Shown here: positions 7,101 to 16,271 of the stretch, one piece after another
Numbering within the stretch: position 1 is the stretch's first letter
Layout of the letters: each line of letters begins with the position of its first letter
Virus record (IMG/VR): IMGVR_UViG_2711768058_000002
Coordinates: 1-16,617 of that record
Reading direction: 5' to 3' (one strand)
Source of the DNA: a virus
Lineage: Duplodnaviria; Heunggongvirae; Uroviricota; Caudoviricetes
DNA: 16,617 nucleotides
Translations under genes and position numbers: made by a program
The notes under the pieces: generated by a model
What the model saw: the letters and a program-made list of their open reading frames with translations, nothing else
Databases searched by the model: none
Told to the model about the DNA's origin: nothing

Positions 7101-7850
7101 TCAGCCTGCAGCGCCATCCGTGACGGTGATCTCCGCCACCGCCGCAAACTCACCGTTGCCGGTGACAACAGGGATCTGCGCTTTACCTGCCGCAACACCT
7201 TTCACCGTGATCGTGTTCCCTTTCACGGTAATGGTCGCAAAATTCTGATTCGCCGACGTGGCGCGGAAGGTTTTATCCGTCGCCCCTTCCGGCTGAACAG
7301 CCACGGTCAGGGTGATATTCTGACCTTTTGCCACATTGCCCGTTGGTGGCGTCACGGTAATACCGGTGACCGGTGTGATGTCCCCCTGATCTTCCGCCAG
7401 CGACGGACGGCCGATATTGGTGATCTTCACGGTACGGGTGATCACCTCTCTGGCGGTCACCGCTTTACCAATGGCGCTCACCCAGCCACGGAACACATCC
7501 ACCGTACCGTTCGGGAAACGGATTTTGTAGGCCCGGGTCTCACTGCTGTCAAACCAGGCGATCAAATCGCGCTGCCCTTTCTCGCCGGGCTTCCAGGCCA
7601 GCGTGAAACTGGTGTCACCGGCAGATTTCTGCCCCTGCCCGGTGGATACCCAGTCCGCATCATCATCATCCAGATAGTTATCATCGTAGGATTCTGCCGT
7701 CATCTCGCCGGGTGTCAGATCCTTTATTTTTGCCAGGCGCGTCCACTCATCGTCTGACAGCGGGTTTGCATAAGCATCACCCGTGCCGGTGTACACCCAT
7801 AGTGTGGTGCCGGAACCTTTCACCGGCTCAAGAGGATTTGGTATTGCCAT
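7101..7850 (-). CDS. V: Major tail tube protein V, with a C-terminal Ig-like domain
   Basis: 249 aa; N-terminal region (..[23 protein letters not shown]...[43 protein letters not shown]) matches lambda gpV, and the C-terminal ~90 aa has a Big_2-type pattern. Confidence 0.93.
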   Translation of the reverse strand: MAIPNPLEPVKGSGTTLWVYTGTGDAYANPLSDDEWTRLAKIKDLTPGEMTAESYDDNYLDDDDADWVSTGQGQKSAGDTSFTLAWKPGEKGQRDLIAWFDSSETRAYKIRFPNGTVDVFRGWVSAIGKAVTAREVITRTVKITNIGRPSLAEDQGDITPVTGITVTPPTGNVAKGQNITLTVAVQPEGATDKTFRATSANQNFATITVKGNTITVKGVAAGKAQIPVVTGNGEFAAVAEITVTDGAAG

Positions 7851-7857
7851 ATCGTCC

Positions 7858-8256
7858 TCACATCTCGTAGGTAATTTTCCACAGGAGATCTGCCGATCCC
7901 CACATCATAAACTCATCATCCCGGCGGTAGTCATACCCCTGAAGATTCATCTTCAGCAGTAACGCACTGAGGCCGGGAACCGCCTCCAGCGCAGGAAGGA
8001 TTTTCTCTTCCATCCACATATCCAGTGCCGAGTCCGGCTCTTTTGCCCTGAGAAAAACTTCAATATGCAGTGTCGCCTCCCAGGCCCCCTCATCAACGAA
8101 CTCGTCAGCAGCAGACGCATCAGTCAGGTAAACAGCAACAGCAGGTAGTTCCTGTTCATCAATAAAAACCGGGCGGCCGTCAAACCAGCTAACCCGCTCA
8201 GAAATATTTGCTTTCAGGGCTGACAGAACTGCCGCCCGTATTTCCCGGTGTTTCAT
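7858..8256 (-). CDS. U: Tail terminator protein U
   Basis: 132 aa; MKH..RAAVL...AVAVYLT...HIEVFL...GYDYRRDD...ITYEM matches lambda gpU. Confidence 0.9.
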   Translation of the reverse strand: MKHREIRAAVLSALKANISERVSWFDGRPVFIDEQELPAVAVYLTDASAADEFVDEGAWEATLHIEVFLRAKEPDSALDMWMEEKILPALEAVPGLSALLLKMNLQGYDYRRDDEFMMWGSADLLWKITYEM

Positions 8257-8268
8257 ACACCCTCCCTG

Positions 8269-8892
8269 TCATTTTCTTTTCAGCACCAGGCGTAACTGAT
8301 GCGTCATGGCTTTCATCATCTGCACTGGTAATTTTTCCCGGTACATCCGGTCCCGTTCACGTTCAAAGGTTTCTGCCAGCGGTCCGGCAGTCGGAATTTT
8401 CACCACTTCAATCGGCAGACGGTGGCGTTTCGGCCTCCCTTTGCTGTCAGCACCGGTGGACGATGGTGCCCACGGCATACGCTGCATCACATGCCAGCGT
8501 CCGTTAGCCAGCCGGGTGATAAAGGCGTCCGGGATCCGTCTTTTCCCCACAATCAGCACGCTGCCACCGCCTTTCGTGACCGAACGCTCGCCTTTCTTTC
8601 GTCGCTTTCTGCGGGAAAGCCGCACGCTGGCCGTCCCCAGTTTTATGGCGGGCAGATTACCGGTGTTGATGATGACCTTCGCATAAACCCTGTCTGCGCT
8701 GGCCCGTTGCAGGCGGATACGCTCACGGATGAGACGGCGCTGAACCGCCAGCTCCCGGGCAACCGAAGAGGCCGTTTTCGCGATGATGGACTCCGCCACA
8801 CGGTTAAGTGTCGTGGCGGCAGCCCGGGGAACGGCACGGCGGTTAATCGCATCCAGATTTTTCATGGCCTGCGCCAGACCTTTTATCGCCAT
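8269..8892 (-). CDS. Z: Tail completion protein Z
   Basis: 207 aa; MAIKGL...LSRRKRRKKG...KGGGSVL...NGRWHVMQR...VVKIP matches lambda gpZ. Confidence 0.88.
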   Translation of the reverse strand: MAIKGLAQAMKNLDAINRRAVPRAAATTLNRVAESIIAKTASSVARELAVQRRLIRERIRLQRASADRVYAKVIINTGNLPAIKLGTASVRLSRRKRRKKGERSVTKGGGSVLIVGKRRIPDAFITRLANGRWHVMQRMPWAPSSTGADSKGRPKRHRLPIEVVKIPTAGPLAETFERERDRMYREKLPVQMMKAMTHQLRLVLKRK

Positions 8893-8894
8893 AC

Positions 8895-9176
8895 TTATTC
8901 CTGTTCGACAAAAATCCGGGGTTTACCGTTGTACGTGTCATAACGGGTCACCGTCAGTGTGCGGCCTTCAAACACAACCACATCATCGCGGGCCGGCCGG
9001 TACTGCGCTGAAAACACCACCAGTGACAACTGACTGCCGGAAAGCGCCCCCATATCCGCAGACTCATACTCCGGTATCACGTCATAACTGATGCCGTTAA
9101 TCTCCGCCGTTTTCCCCATCATGCGTACGGTCGCCATGTCCATCCGGCAACACATTCGCGTAAACAGATCAGACAT
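8895..9176 (-). CDS. Small head-tail joining protein, gpFII-like by position and weak similarity
   Basis: 93-aa ORF immediately upstream of Z, where lambda has FII. Only patchy similarity to lambda gpFII from memory, so the family assignment is tentative. Confidence 0.5.
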   Translation of the reverse strand: MSDLFTRMCCRMDMATVRMMGKTAEINGISYDVIPEYESADMGALSGSQLSLVVFSAQYRPARDDVVVFEGRTLTVTRYDTYNGKPRIFVEQE

Positions 9177-9495
9177 TGATTTTTACTGCCACAGTGGCGC
9201 TGTTTGCAGGGGCATTTTCCCAGGCTACCCCCGCGGCCACCGCACCGTCTGCAGCCAGCTGCACAACCCCGTCCTTCAGATAAACCACCGCGCCGGACTG
9301 AATATCGTCGGCAGACTGTTTGGGCAGCAGGAACACGCCTTCGGCAAAACCATCACCGGTCTCCCCGGCAGGAATATCGGTAATGGCCACTACCACCATG
9401 CTGCCAACCACCACAGCGGCACCGCTCAGAATGGTCTGATCCCCGGCATTCACCAGCTCAATGGTGGTGCCGTCCTGTACAAAATTTTTCGCCAT
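9169..9495 (-). CDS. Small Gly/Ala/Val-rich capsid-associated protein (putative head decoration or cement protein, DUF2190-like)
   Basis: 108 aa from ATG 9493-9495 (MAKNFVQDG...), with GGAGA upstream. The track's longer start would translate through an intergenic hairpin. Sits directly downstream of the capsid gene, as in HK97-type head clusters. Confidence 0.5.
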   Translation of the reverse strand: MAKNFVQDGTTIELVNAGDQTILSGAAVVVGSMVVVAITDIPAGETGDGFAEGVFLLPKQSADDIQSGAVVYLKDGVVQLAADGAVAAGVAWENAPANSATVAVKINV

Positions 9496-9581
9496 AATGC
9501 TGTCTCTCCGGACAGCCCCCGGGGGGCTGTTTTCAGGCATAAAAAAAGCCCTTTCGGGCAGTGATTGTGATAACGCGGTTA

Positions 9582-11561
9582 TCAGGCCACCGACGAACGC
9601 ACCAGTCCGCGCCAGTCAAGCGGTGCCACACCGGCATCAATACGGATTTTTGTGGCAATACCGTCAGTGGTGAAACCTTCCTGCTGGTCAATGTATGGCG
9701 TGTCCACCCCATCCAGCCAGGCCACTTCAATGGTGTCTGTGCCCTGTGCCGCCGCCAGATACCAGGTTTTCGGATCTGCCGCATCAAGACGCGCTTCTGC
9801 AATCACCTCAGCAAAGTTCTGGATGGGGTTAATGACACCGGCGTTTGCATCCGCCCCTTTCACACTGGCCGATTTGATGGTCTGGTTCGCCACCGTCTCC
9901 AGTGCCACAGGGACCAGCATGAAGGCCGGGCGGATATTCAGGGCGCGATCGCCTTCTTTCTGCAGGCGCATCATCTGACGGGCCGCATCCAGTCCGGAAA
10001 CGGAGATCCCGCCGGTGGCAATATTTTTGTGATCGGCATGGAACAGCGCCTTACCGTCTGACAGTTTCGGGTTATCCGTCAGCACCTTGTAAACCAGGTC
10101 ACCAATCGTTGCCTTCGCCGCACGCCCCATCTTCATCGGCACGTCCACCAGCATATTCAGATCATCATTGATAATGGCCTGGCGGGTGATGGAGAAAATC
10201 TCCCCGTAAGTGGCCAGTGCAATGGTCTCCTTGCGATCTGAGGTGGTGATGTATTTATACTCCGCCCCCTCACGAACCTGACGCAGAGAACCAAAACCGC
10301 CCATCCCCACGCGATACGCTGTTTTGAAGTCTGACAGGCGTCCCTTACGGGTCCACTTCTGGAAGGTTTCTTCTGATTCCTCCCAGCCCTGGATCAGCCC
10401 CTTGTTCGACACATCCAGCAGAATATTGCCAAAATCAGAGGTGCTGTGCGTCAGCGCCAGCCCGACCATCTGCATGGGGTTATAACTGGCCACCCCAATA
10501 CCGCGCTCCGTCAGTGACATGCGAGCCCATTCGCGCAGGGTCATCCCGTTATAGGCGTTATCCTTCTCGACATTTTCAAATCCGGCACGGGCCAGCATCG
10601 CCTGGCGGATCCCGTCCCCCACAAAATTGCCGTTTCCGGCATAAATATGGGCCGGTGTGTTTTTGTTGGTCGGCGAGGACTCCTTGCCCATTTCATTCAG
10701 CAGACGTTCACGGGCCATTTCCAGCGAACAGTCAGGATCAGCCACGCACTGTGCCTGAAGCGTCTGATAGCGACCGCCGAACATGGCAAACAGATCGTTA
10801 ATGCCTGACATGCGGGCTTTCTGTTCTGCCATAACCCGGGCACGAATGTTCGCTTCATCAGCCACTGCCGGTACCGGTGATGGTTCTGTTACCGCCGGTG
10901 CAGGGATTGTCACTGTGGTATCATGCGGGGCACAGTTGTGTGGCTGCGTGATCATATTTCGGATGGATTCCGGCATCTTTTTAAATTCCTCTGTACGTTT
11001 TGACTGAATACATGCCATTGCCTTAACGGCTGGCGTCACCTGGTCAGCAAATCCGTGTGCCAGACACTCGGCACCGGACATCCAGGTCTCATCCGCCAGC
11101 ATGGCGGCAATTTCATCGGTAGTTTTTCCGGTTTTCTGCGCATATACCGGCACCATAACCGACTCAAGTTTGTCCAGACGTTCGGCATAAGTGCGCATTT
11201 TCTCCGCATCACCACCGCTGATCCCCCAGGGTTTATGGATCATCATGAAGGCATTTTCCGGCATAATGACCGTGTCACCGGCCATCGCAATCAGGGATGC
11301 CATCGAGGCGGCAACGCCATCCACATACACGGTAATGGCCGCACCGTGATTTTTCAGGGCATTAAAAATGGCGATGCCTTCAAAAACATCGCCACCCGGT
11401 GAGTTGATGTGGAGATTAATGTGGGTGATATCACCCAGGGCATTCATATCGCTGACAAACTGCTTCGCGGTGACGCCCCAGAAACCAATCTCGTCATAAA
11501 TATAAATATCCGCCTCACCCTGACCACCCGCCTGCATCCTGAACCAGGATTTATTCTTCAT
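9582..11561 (-). CDS. Prohead protease (ClpP/S14-like), scaffold-like linker and major capsid protein fused in one ORF
   Basis: N-terminal MKNKSWFRMQAGGQGEADIYIYDEIGFWG... and INSPGGDVFEGIAIFNAL are typical of ClpP-like phage prohead proteases. A charged, helix-prone linker follows (EANIRARVMAEQKARM...), then a ~400-aa capsid-like domain. Start at ATG 11559-11561 overlaps the portal stop by 11 nt; upstream in-frame starts at 11669 and 11702 would overlap the portal much more. Confidence 0.85.
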   Translation of the reverse strand: MKNKSWFRMQAGGQGEADIYIYDEIGFWGVTAKQFVSDMNALGDITHINLHINSPGGDVFEGIAIFNALKNHGAAITVYVDGVAASMASLIAMAGDTVIMPENAFMMIHKPWGISGGDAEKMRTYAERLDKLESVMVPVYAQKTGKTTDEIAAMLADETWMSGAECLAHGFADQVTPAVKAMACIQSKRTEEFKKMPESIRNMITQPHNCAPHDTTVTIPAPAVTEPSPVPAVADEANIRARVMAEQKARMSGINDLFAMFGGRYQTLQAQCVADPDCSLEMARERLLNEMGKESSPTNKNTPAHIYAGNGNFVGDGIRQAMLARAGFENVEKDNAYNGMTLREWARMSLTERGIGVASYNPMQMVGLALTHSTSDFGNILLDVSNKGLIQGWEESEETFQKWTRKGRLSDFKTAYRVGMGGFGSLRQVREGAEYKYITTSDRKETIALATYGEIFSITRQAIINDDLNMLVDVPMKMGRAAKATIGDLVYKVLTDNPKLSDGKALFHADHKNIATGGISVSGLDAARQMMRLQKEGDRALNIRPAFMLVPVALETVANQTIKSASVKGADANAGVINPIQNFAEVIAEARLDAADPKTWYLAAAQGTDTIEVAWLDGVDTPYIDQQEGFTTDGIATKIRIDAGVAPLDWRGLVRSSVA

Positions 11562-13056
11562 GCTGGCTGTCGGTGGCCTGCTGACGCTGTTGTTCAGTTC
11601 CGGCACTGTTGCCTCCTTTGTCGTTGACGGGGTCAGTATCAAAGACCAGCCCCAGTCTGCTGTTTTCATCAATTTCAGCCTTGCGGCGACGTTTGACCTC
11701 ATCCGGATTGCGCCCGCCGGCACGCACCCAGTCAGATTCTGTCGCTGCACCACCCCGGATCTGAATTCTCCAGGCTTCAGCTTCCTTAACCGGGTCGATC
11801 CACGGCATCACCGGACCGGAATACGTCGCGTTATATAGCGTTTTCATCTCCACATCCGCCGGAATTTTCAGCAGACCTGCCGCAACCACCATATTCAGCC
11901 ATGTCCGGTACACCGGGCGGGTTACCGCGCCAATAAAACAGTCCTGCAGGATCAGGTAACCATCCGTGGACTCGACCAGCTCCTGCCGCTGGGCGCTGTA
12001 GGTGCCGTTATAGTTACGCGCCGCACTGGAAAAACTCAGACGACTGCCAGCTGCCACTGCACGCAACTGGCCGTTGCGGAAAGTTTCAAGGTTGGGATTG
12101 GGACGGTCGGATTTGACCATGCCGATATCCTCGCCCTTGCGCAAATCGTCATAAATAATACCCGGGGTGATATTGACTTCCCGCTCGGTTTCTTTGATCC
12201 CCGGATCTTCATAGTCCTGCCCGTCACCTTTACGGATATACAGTCCCAGTGCCGCAGCAATACGCGCCGCAGTCAGTTCCGCATCCTCATACTCCTTAAG
12301 GGCACTGATCCGCATCAGCACCCCTGATAACATGGATGAGCCTCGCGTCTGATGCAGACGACGAGTGAACTTCAGGTGGATCATTTTTCCGGCAGCGATT
12401 TCTTTCGTATCACTCTGCCGGCCGCTGACCGGATAATTTTTATAAACCAGATATTTTTTCGGTCTTCCCCACTCATCAAGAAAAACCCCCTGATTCAGTC
12501 CGGCGGATTCATCAGTGCGCATGGGAACAAAATCCGGCTCCATCGCCTCAAGCCAGAATGGCACTCCCGCCGTCCGTTCCAGACCGTTTCCCGCACCACT
12601 GACCATCTGCGCAAACACTTCACCATCCCGCAGCCAGGTCCGCAGCAGTAAACGTTCAAGCACGGGACGGGTATACTGCCCTGTCACATCCGGACTCACG
12701 GACCATTCAGCCCACAACCGGCGGATATCCGCAGCCAGCTCTGCCGCCATTTCTCCGTTTTTTCGTAATGGCTGAGGCTCCACAATAATTCCCCTGGCAC
12801 CAATCACCCGCTCTTCCAGCTTGTCAAACACACCAATCACCAGGTCATGATTGATATCCAGAAAACGGGCCTGCTCGCGCAGGGAAACCGCACCGTATTT
12901 ACTGAGCTGATCGGCAGAACGGTTTTCCCGCCTGGCTTTGTGTGTGCGGGTGGGTTTCACGGCCTCATAGGCCATAATTAATGCCCTTGAGCGTAACCGC
13001 GCCGCTTTCCAGCCGGGGGAGAAAAAACCAATCACATCATCACTAATCGCCATCAT
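11551..13056 (-). CDS. Portal protein
   Basis: 501 aa, located between the W-like gene and the protease/capsid gene. Called a portal from this position and size; it does not resemble lambda gpB as I recall it, and no family signature was checked. ATGA overlap with the W stop. Confidence 0.85.
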   Translation of the reverse strand: MMAISDDVIGFFSPGWKAARLRSRALIMAYEAVKPTRTHKARRENRSADQLSKYGAVSLREQARFLDINHDLVIGVFDKLEERVIGARGIIVEPQPLRKNGEMAAELAADIRRLWAEWSVSPDVTGQYTRPVLERLLLRTWLRDGEVFAQMVSGAGNGLERTAGVPFWLEAMEPDFVPMRTDESAGLNQGVFLDEWGRPKKYLVYKNYPVSGRQSDTKEIAAGKMIHLKFTRRLHQTRGSSMLSGVLMRISALKEYEDAELTAARIAAALGLYIRKGDGQDYEDPGIKETEREVNITPGIIYDDLRKGEDIGMVKSDRPNPNLETFRNGQLRAVAAGSRLSFSSAARNYNGTYSAQRQELVESTDGYLILQDCFIGAVTRPVYRTWLNMVVAAGLLKIPADVEMKTLYNATYSGPVMPWIDPVKEAEAWRIQIRGGAATESDWVRAGGRNPDEVKRRRKAEIDENSRLGLVFDTDPVNDKGGNSAGTEQQRQQATDSQHEE

Positions 13057-13241
13057 AACCTCGCCAGTTTAAACCCCGGACTCCCCCGTCTGCGGTTCGC
13101 CATCGCCGTAAGTCTTCGCTCCCACTCCTGCCGACCGGCGCGGATCTGGGACAGACTTTCCAGCGTCAGCTGCTGCCCGTTAAACGTGACGGATTTTCCT
13201 TCCAGTACCGCCATTTCCGCATCGCGGTACCGCTGTATCAT
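13053..13241 (-). CDS. W: Head-tail connector / head completion protein, gpW family
   Basis: C-terminus ...RRRGSPGFKLARL resembles the lambda gpW end (...RRRGPAGFYV). Start taken at ATG 13239-13241 with GAGGA upstream (62 aa); the track's GTG start at 13289 would overlap terminase by 28 nt. Confidence 0.7.
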   Translation of the reverse strand: MIQRYRDAEMAVLEGKSVTFNGQQLTLESLSQIRAGRQEWERRLTAMANRRRGSPGFKLARL

Positions 13242-13261
13242 GTTCCTGACATCCTCAATAC

Positions 13262-15385
13262 TCACAACCAGCCTCCTGATGTTATCCACGGATTATCCTC
13301 TGCACGCTCTGTGCGCAGTTTTTCCTTCCGGTGACGGCGTTTTTCTTTCCTTTCCGGCAGCGCCCGTGATGTTGTCAGCCCTGAACGCTCCTCCGGACCG
13401 ACAAGCCACGTTTCCCGTTGTGCCCAGTCAGGTGCAGACGACCAGCGGATTTTTTCGTAACCATGCAGAACGGCAAGCGCATCCGCATAAACCAGCAGGT
13501 CAAACGCTTCGTTAGCGCCCCTGCCCGGTTTTCGCCATTTTCCGTCACTGCCGCGCTCCTCATAGGTCAGCTCATCGAAAAACCAGCGCCCCAGCCAGTC
13601 GGGAAAGTGGATATAATTCGGTCCCGGCGTGTCACGCCACAGGGCATTATTTACACGGTCCTTAAACGCATCGGTCTGCACCAGCCACAGGGCAACATCA
13701 CCGCTGGCCCTGGCACGGCGGGCACTTCTGCCGGTGTTATCCGGGAAGGTACGGTTAATCAGTCTGTCGCGACGCAGGCCATCGCCCTTGAACAGAAACA
13801 CCCGGTTACCCAGCCCTTCGCGGCGACACTGCCGCCAGAAACGATAGGCGTTATCCGTCACCCCGGCTTCACCGCCCGTATCCACGGCCATGGCCATAAG
13901 ACGCATATGCACATCCGGATCAGACGCCAGCGGCCAGGTTTTATGGAACACATCCGTCAGCAATAAGTCCCAGTCTTCCGGATACGCTGCCGGATCGACA
14001 GGCAGACTTTCACCGCCGGGACCACAGCGAAGTGAATGCCGGAGGTTGTAGCGATCAACAATCCAGCGTTCTCCCTGCTCTCCGTATCCGGTGATCTGCA
14101 CCACAAACCGGCGGTTTTTACCGCCCTGTACGTCAACCGTTGCCTCAATGAAGCGCACGCCATCCGGCACACACCGACGGGGAACCGGCTCCGCACGCTG
14201 TTCAAGCAGCTCACTTTTACGCTGTTCTGTCGCTGAACGGGGCAGATAGGGCCGTCCGATATCGGTGTTCACCACCGCTTTCAGCGTTTCTTCACTGCCG
14301 GTTCGCTCATACTCTTCCTCTGCCGCCAGCAGCTTAAAAATCAGTTGTTCCCAGGTCTGAAACGCGGCAGCCGGACCCTCCATCCAGAACGACGCAATCC
14401 TGGAATTTCGTGGCGTTCCGGTGATACTGCCGTCCGCCGCCGCCCGTTCACCTTCACGAAGCCAGATCCCCTGGTTATTCAGTTCGCGTTTCTGCTCCGG
14501 GGCAATCAGTCCGCGACAGTGCGGACACATCAGACGGGCAGCCTGACCGGCAGCCACAAAATCCGGGTTATTCCGGTATCCGGTCATGTTATCCATCACC
14601 GGCTGAAAATATTCCCCGCAGTGCGGACACGGCCAGTACCACCGGCGGCGGTCTCCCCGGTTATACAGTGACAGGATCCCCGTTGTTGGTGGTGCCTCAT
14701 GTGCGCCGCCACAGCGCCATTTGGTGTCAGTGATATCCCGCCCCGGTGAACTCTCGACCAGGGTCATCCCGGAGGACATAAAAGTGGTGGTACGCTTTGA
14801 GGCCAGGGTGAAGGCATCCCCTTCCCCGTCCACGTTTTCAGGGAAACGGTCATAATCCGTCAGCGCCACACGACGGTAATCCGAAGAAGAAAATACGGTG
14901 ATCGACGGCCAGCCAATTTTCAGGAAGGAGCCATCAAGAAACATTTTATCGTGGACGTTGTTGTCATTACGGGAAGGACTGAGGCGCTTACTGACCTCCG
15001 GGCTGTGGCGAAACGTCCTGGAAAGACGCGTTCTGGAATGCTCACGCGCCTTCGTCTCGGTCATCTGCACCACCAGCATATCAGCCGGATCACAGATGAT
15101 GCCGTACACAATCCAGCCATCAATCAGCCCTTCGGTTTTCCCGGTTCGCGCCGGTCCCACAAACACCACCGCGTCATATTCACGGGCTGATAATGTATTA
15201 ATGGGGTCAATCATATAGGGCGTCAGCGATGACTCCCACGGACCGGAAGTATTGGCTCCCCGTGGTACCCGCATATAACGCCTGATAGCTTCCGCTACTG
15301 GTAACCGGCCAGGTGGGCGAAACAGCGAGGCCACTTCGCGCCAGATATCGGATGCGCGGCTATGGCTCTCGTTCACCTGATTCAC
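13262..15385 (-). CDS. A: Terminase large subunit (lambda gpA family)
   Basis: 707 aa; Walker A motif VGPARTGKT, Cys-rich block CPHCGEY...CPHC, and overall gpA-like architecture. ATGA overlap with the terminase small subunit. Confidence 0.92.
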   Translation of the reverse strand: MNQVNESHSRASDIWREVASLFRPPGRLPVAEAIRRYMRVPRGANTSGPWESSLTPYMIDPINTLSAREYDAVVFVGPARTGKTEGLIDGWIVYGIICDPADMLVVQMTETKAREHSRTRLSRTFRHSPEVSKRLSPSRNDNNVHDKMFLDGSFLKIGWPSITVFSSSDYRRVALTDYDRFPENVDGEGDAFTLASKRTTTFMSSGMTLVESSPGRDITDTKWRCGGAHEAPPTTGILSLYNRGDRRRWYWPCPHCGEYFQPVMDNMTGYRNNPDFVAAGQAARLMCPHCRGLIAPEQKRELNNQGIWLREGERAAADGSITGTPRNSRIASFWMEGPAAAFQTWEQLIFKLLAAEEEYERTGSEETLKAVVNTDIGRPYLPRSATEQRKSELLEQRAEPVPRRCVPDGVRFIEATVDVQGGKNRRFVVQITGYGEQGERWIVDRYNLRHSLRCGPGGESLPVDPAAYPEDWDLLLTDVFHKTWPLASDPDVHMRLMAMAVDTGGEAGVTDNAYRFWRQCRREGLGNRVFLFKGDGLRRDRLINRTFPDNTGRSARRARASGDVALWLVQTDAFKDRVNNALWRDTPGPNYIHFPDWLGRWFFDELTYEERGSDGKWRKPGRGANEAFDLLVYADALAVLHGYEKIRWSSAPDWAQRETWLVGPEERSGLTTSRALPERKEKRRHRKEKLRTERAEDNPWITSGGWL

Positions 15386-15858
15386 ATATCGGCCTCATCA
15401 CAACAGTCAATGACTGCCTTTTCCAGTGTGTCGCGGATCTCATCAACCACAATCTGTACTTCATTCAGTTGTGATGCGGTCCACCCCCTGTCCCTCTCCA
15501 GCCGGTCAGGCCAGGTTTCCAGTACCTGAACTATCGCTTTCACCACGACAGAAAACGACCGCCTGACATCACTGACTGGCACAAGCTGACTGGTTTCCTG
15601 CTCAAATTTCAGTCGGTCACGTTCTGACTGGTACCATGCTTTACGCGCATGAGGATCCATTTCCTCGTTATCTACAGGCAGAGGAGCTTTCATCAGCTCG
15701 GCAAGGATATCTGTCAGTCGGTACAGTTTGAGATTGCTCTCATGACCACCGGCTGGGCTTATGTTTTTTACCCGAGCCGCAACAGTCTGTCGATGAGCAC
15801 CGGATAATGCGGCCAGTTGGGAAATATTCAGATGCAGATTTTTTAATTCACGATCCAT
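15382..15858 (-). CDS. nu1: Terminase small subunit (Nu1-like, N-terminal helix-turn-helix)
   Basis: 158 aa; N-terminal HTH-like LNISQLAALSGAHRQTVAARV; GGGGGAG ribosome-binding site; sits immediately upstream of the large subunit and downstream of a cos-like region. Confidence 0.8.
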   Translation of the reverse strand: MDRELKNLHLNISQLAALSGAHRQTVAARVKNISPAGGHESNLKLYRLTDILAELMKAPLPVDNEEMDPHARKAWYQSERDRLKFEQETSQLVPVSDVRRSFSVVVKAIVQVLETWPDRLERDRGWTASQLNEVQIVVDEIRDTLEKAVIDCCDEADM

Positions 15859-15939
15859 AACTCCCCCTGAAAATTATGTAAATACACGCCAGTGATGAAC
15901 AAAAAACAACCAGATTCGACACTAAAAATTTTTATTTTG

Positions 15940-16030
15940 CCATATATCAATAACTTACACTGGTGGTGATGGTGCCATAAAAATCAAAAAATGCGCCTTT
16001 TTCCGCGCCGACCCGCCTCGTGGACAGGCC
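15940..16030 (-). other. Putative cos region (cosB with IHF-like site, GC-rich cosN candidate)
   Basis: AT-rich leader upstream of the terminase small subunit contains tATCAAtaacTTA (15945-15957), matching the IHF consensus WATCAANNNNTTR. It is followed by the GC-rich cgcgccgacccgcctcg, about 150-170 bp from the small-subunit start, comparable to the lambda cosN to Nu1 distance. Ends are not determined. Confidence 0.35.
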
Positions 16031-16271
16031 TACCCTACCAGGAGGACCCGCAAAATGATGATGGCTATCAGTTGCATTTGGTTCCGGTTTCTTCCACCAT
16101 CGCACCGGACAGGCGACCATGAGGGGACAACGCCGCGCTCCGTTAACGCGGTAAACCCCGGTGTGTATCGTTTTTGATTATCCCCACACACTCGCGCAGA
16201 GGAGTCTCCCTGTCGGGCTGCGGTCTCTGTTAATGCGGGAATACGGCGACGATACGGCGCATCAGCAAAAC

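Noticed and set aside
9496-9540. Upstream extension of the small capsid-associated protein to the ATG at 9538-9540 (123-aa version)
   Set aside because: The extension would be translated through the intergenic GC palindrome and T-tract with no ribosome-binding site; the internal ATG at 9493-9495 has GGAGA at appropriate spacing.
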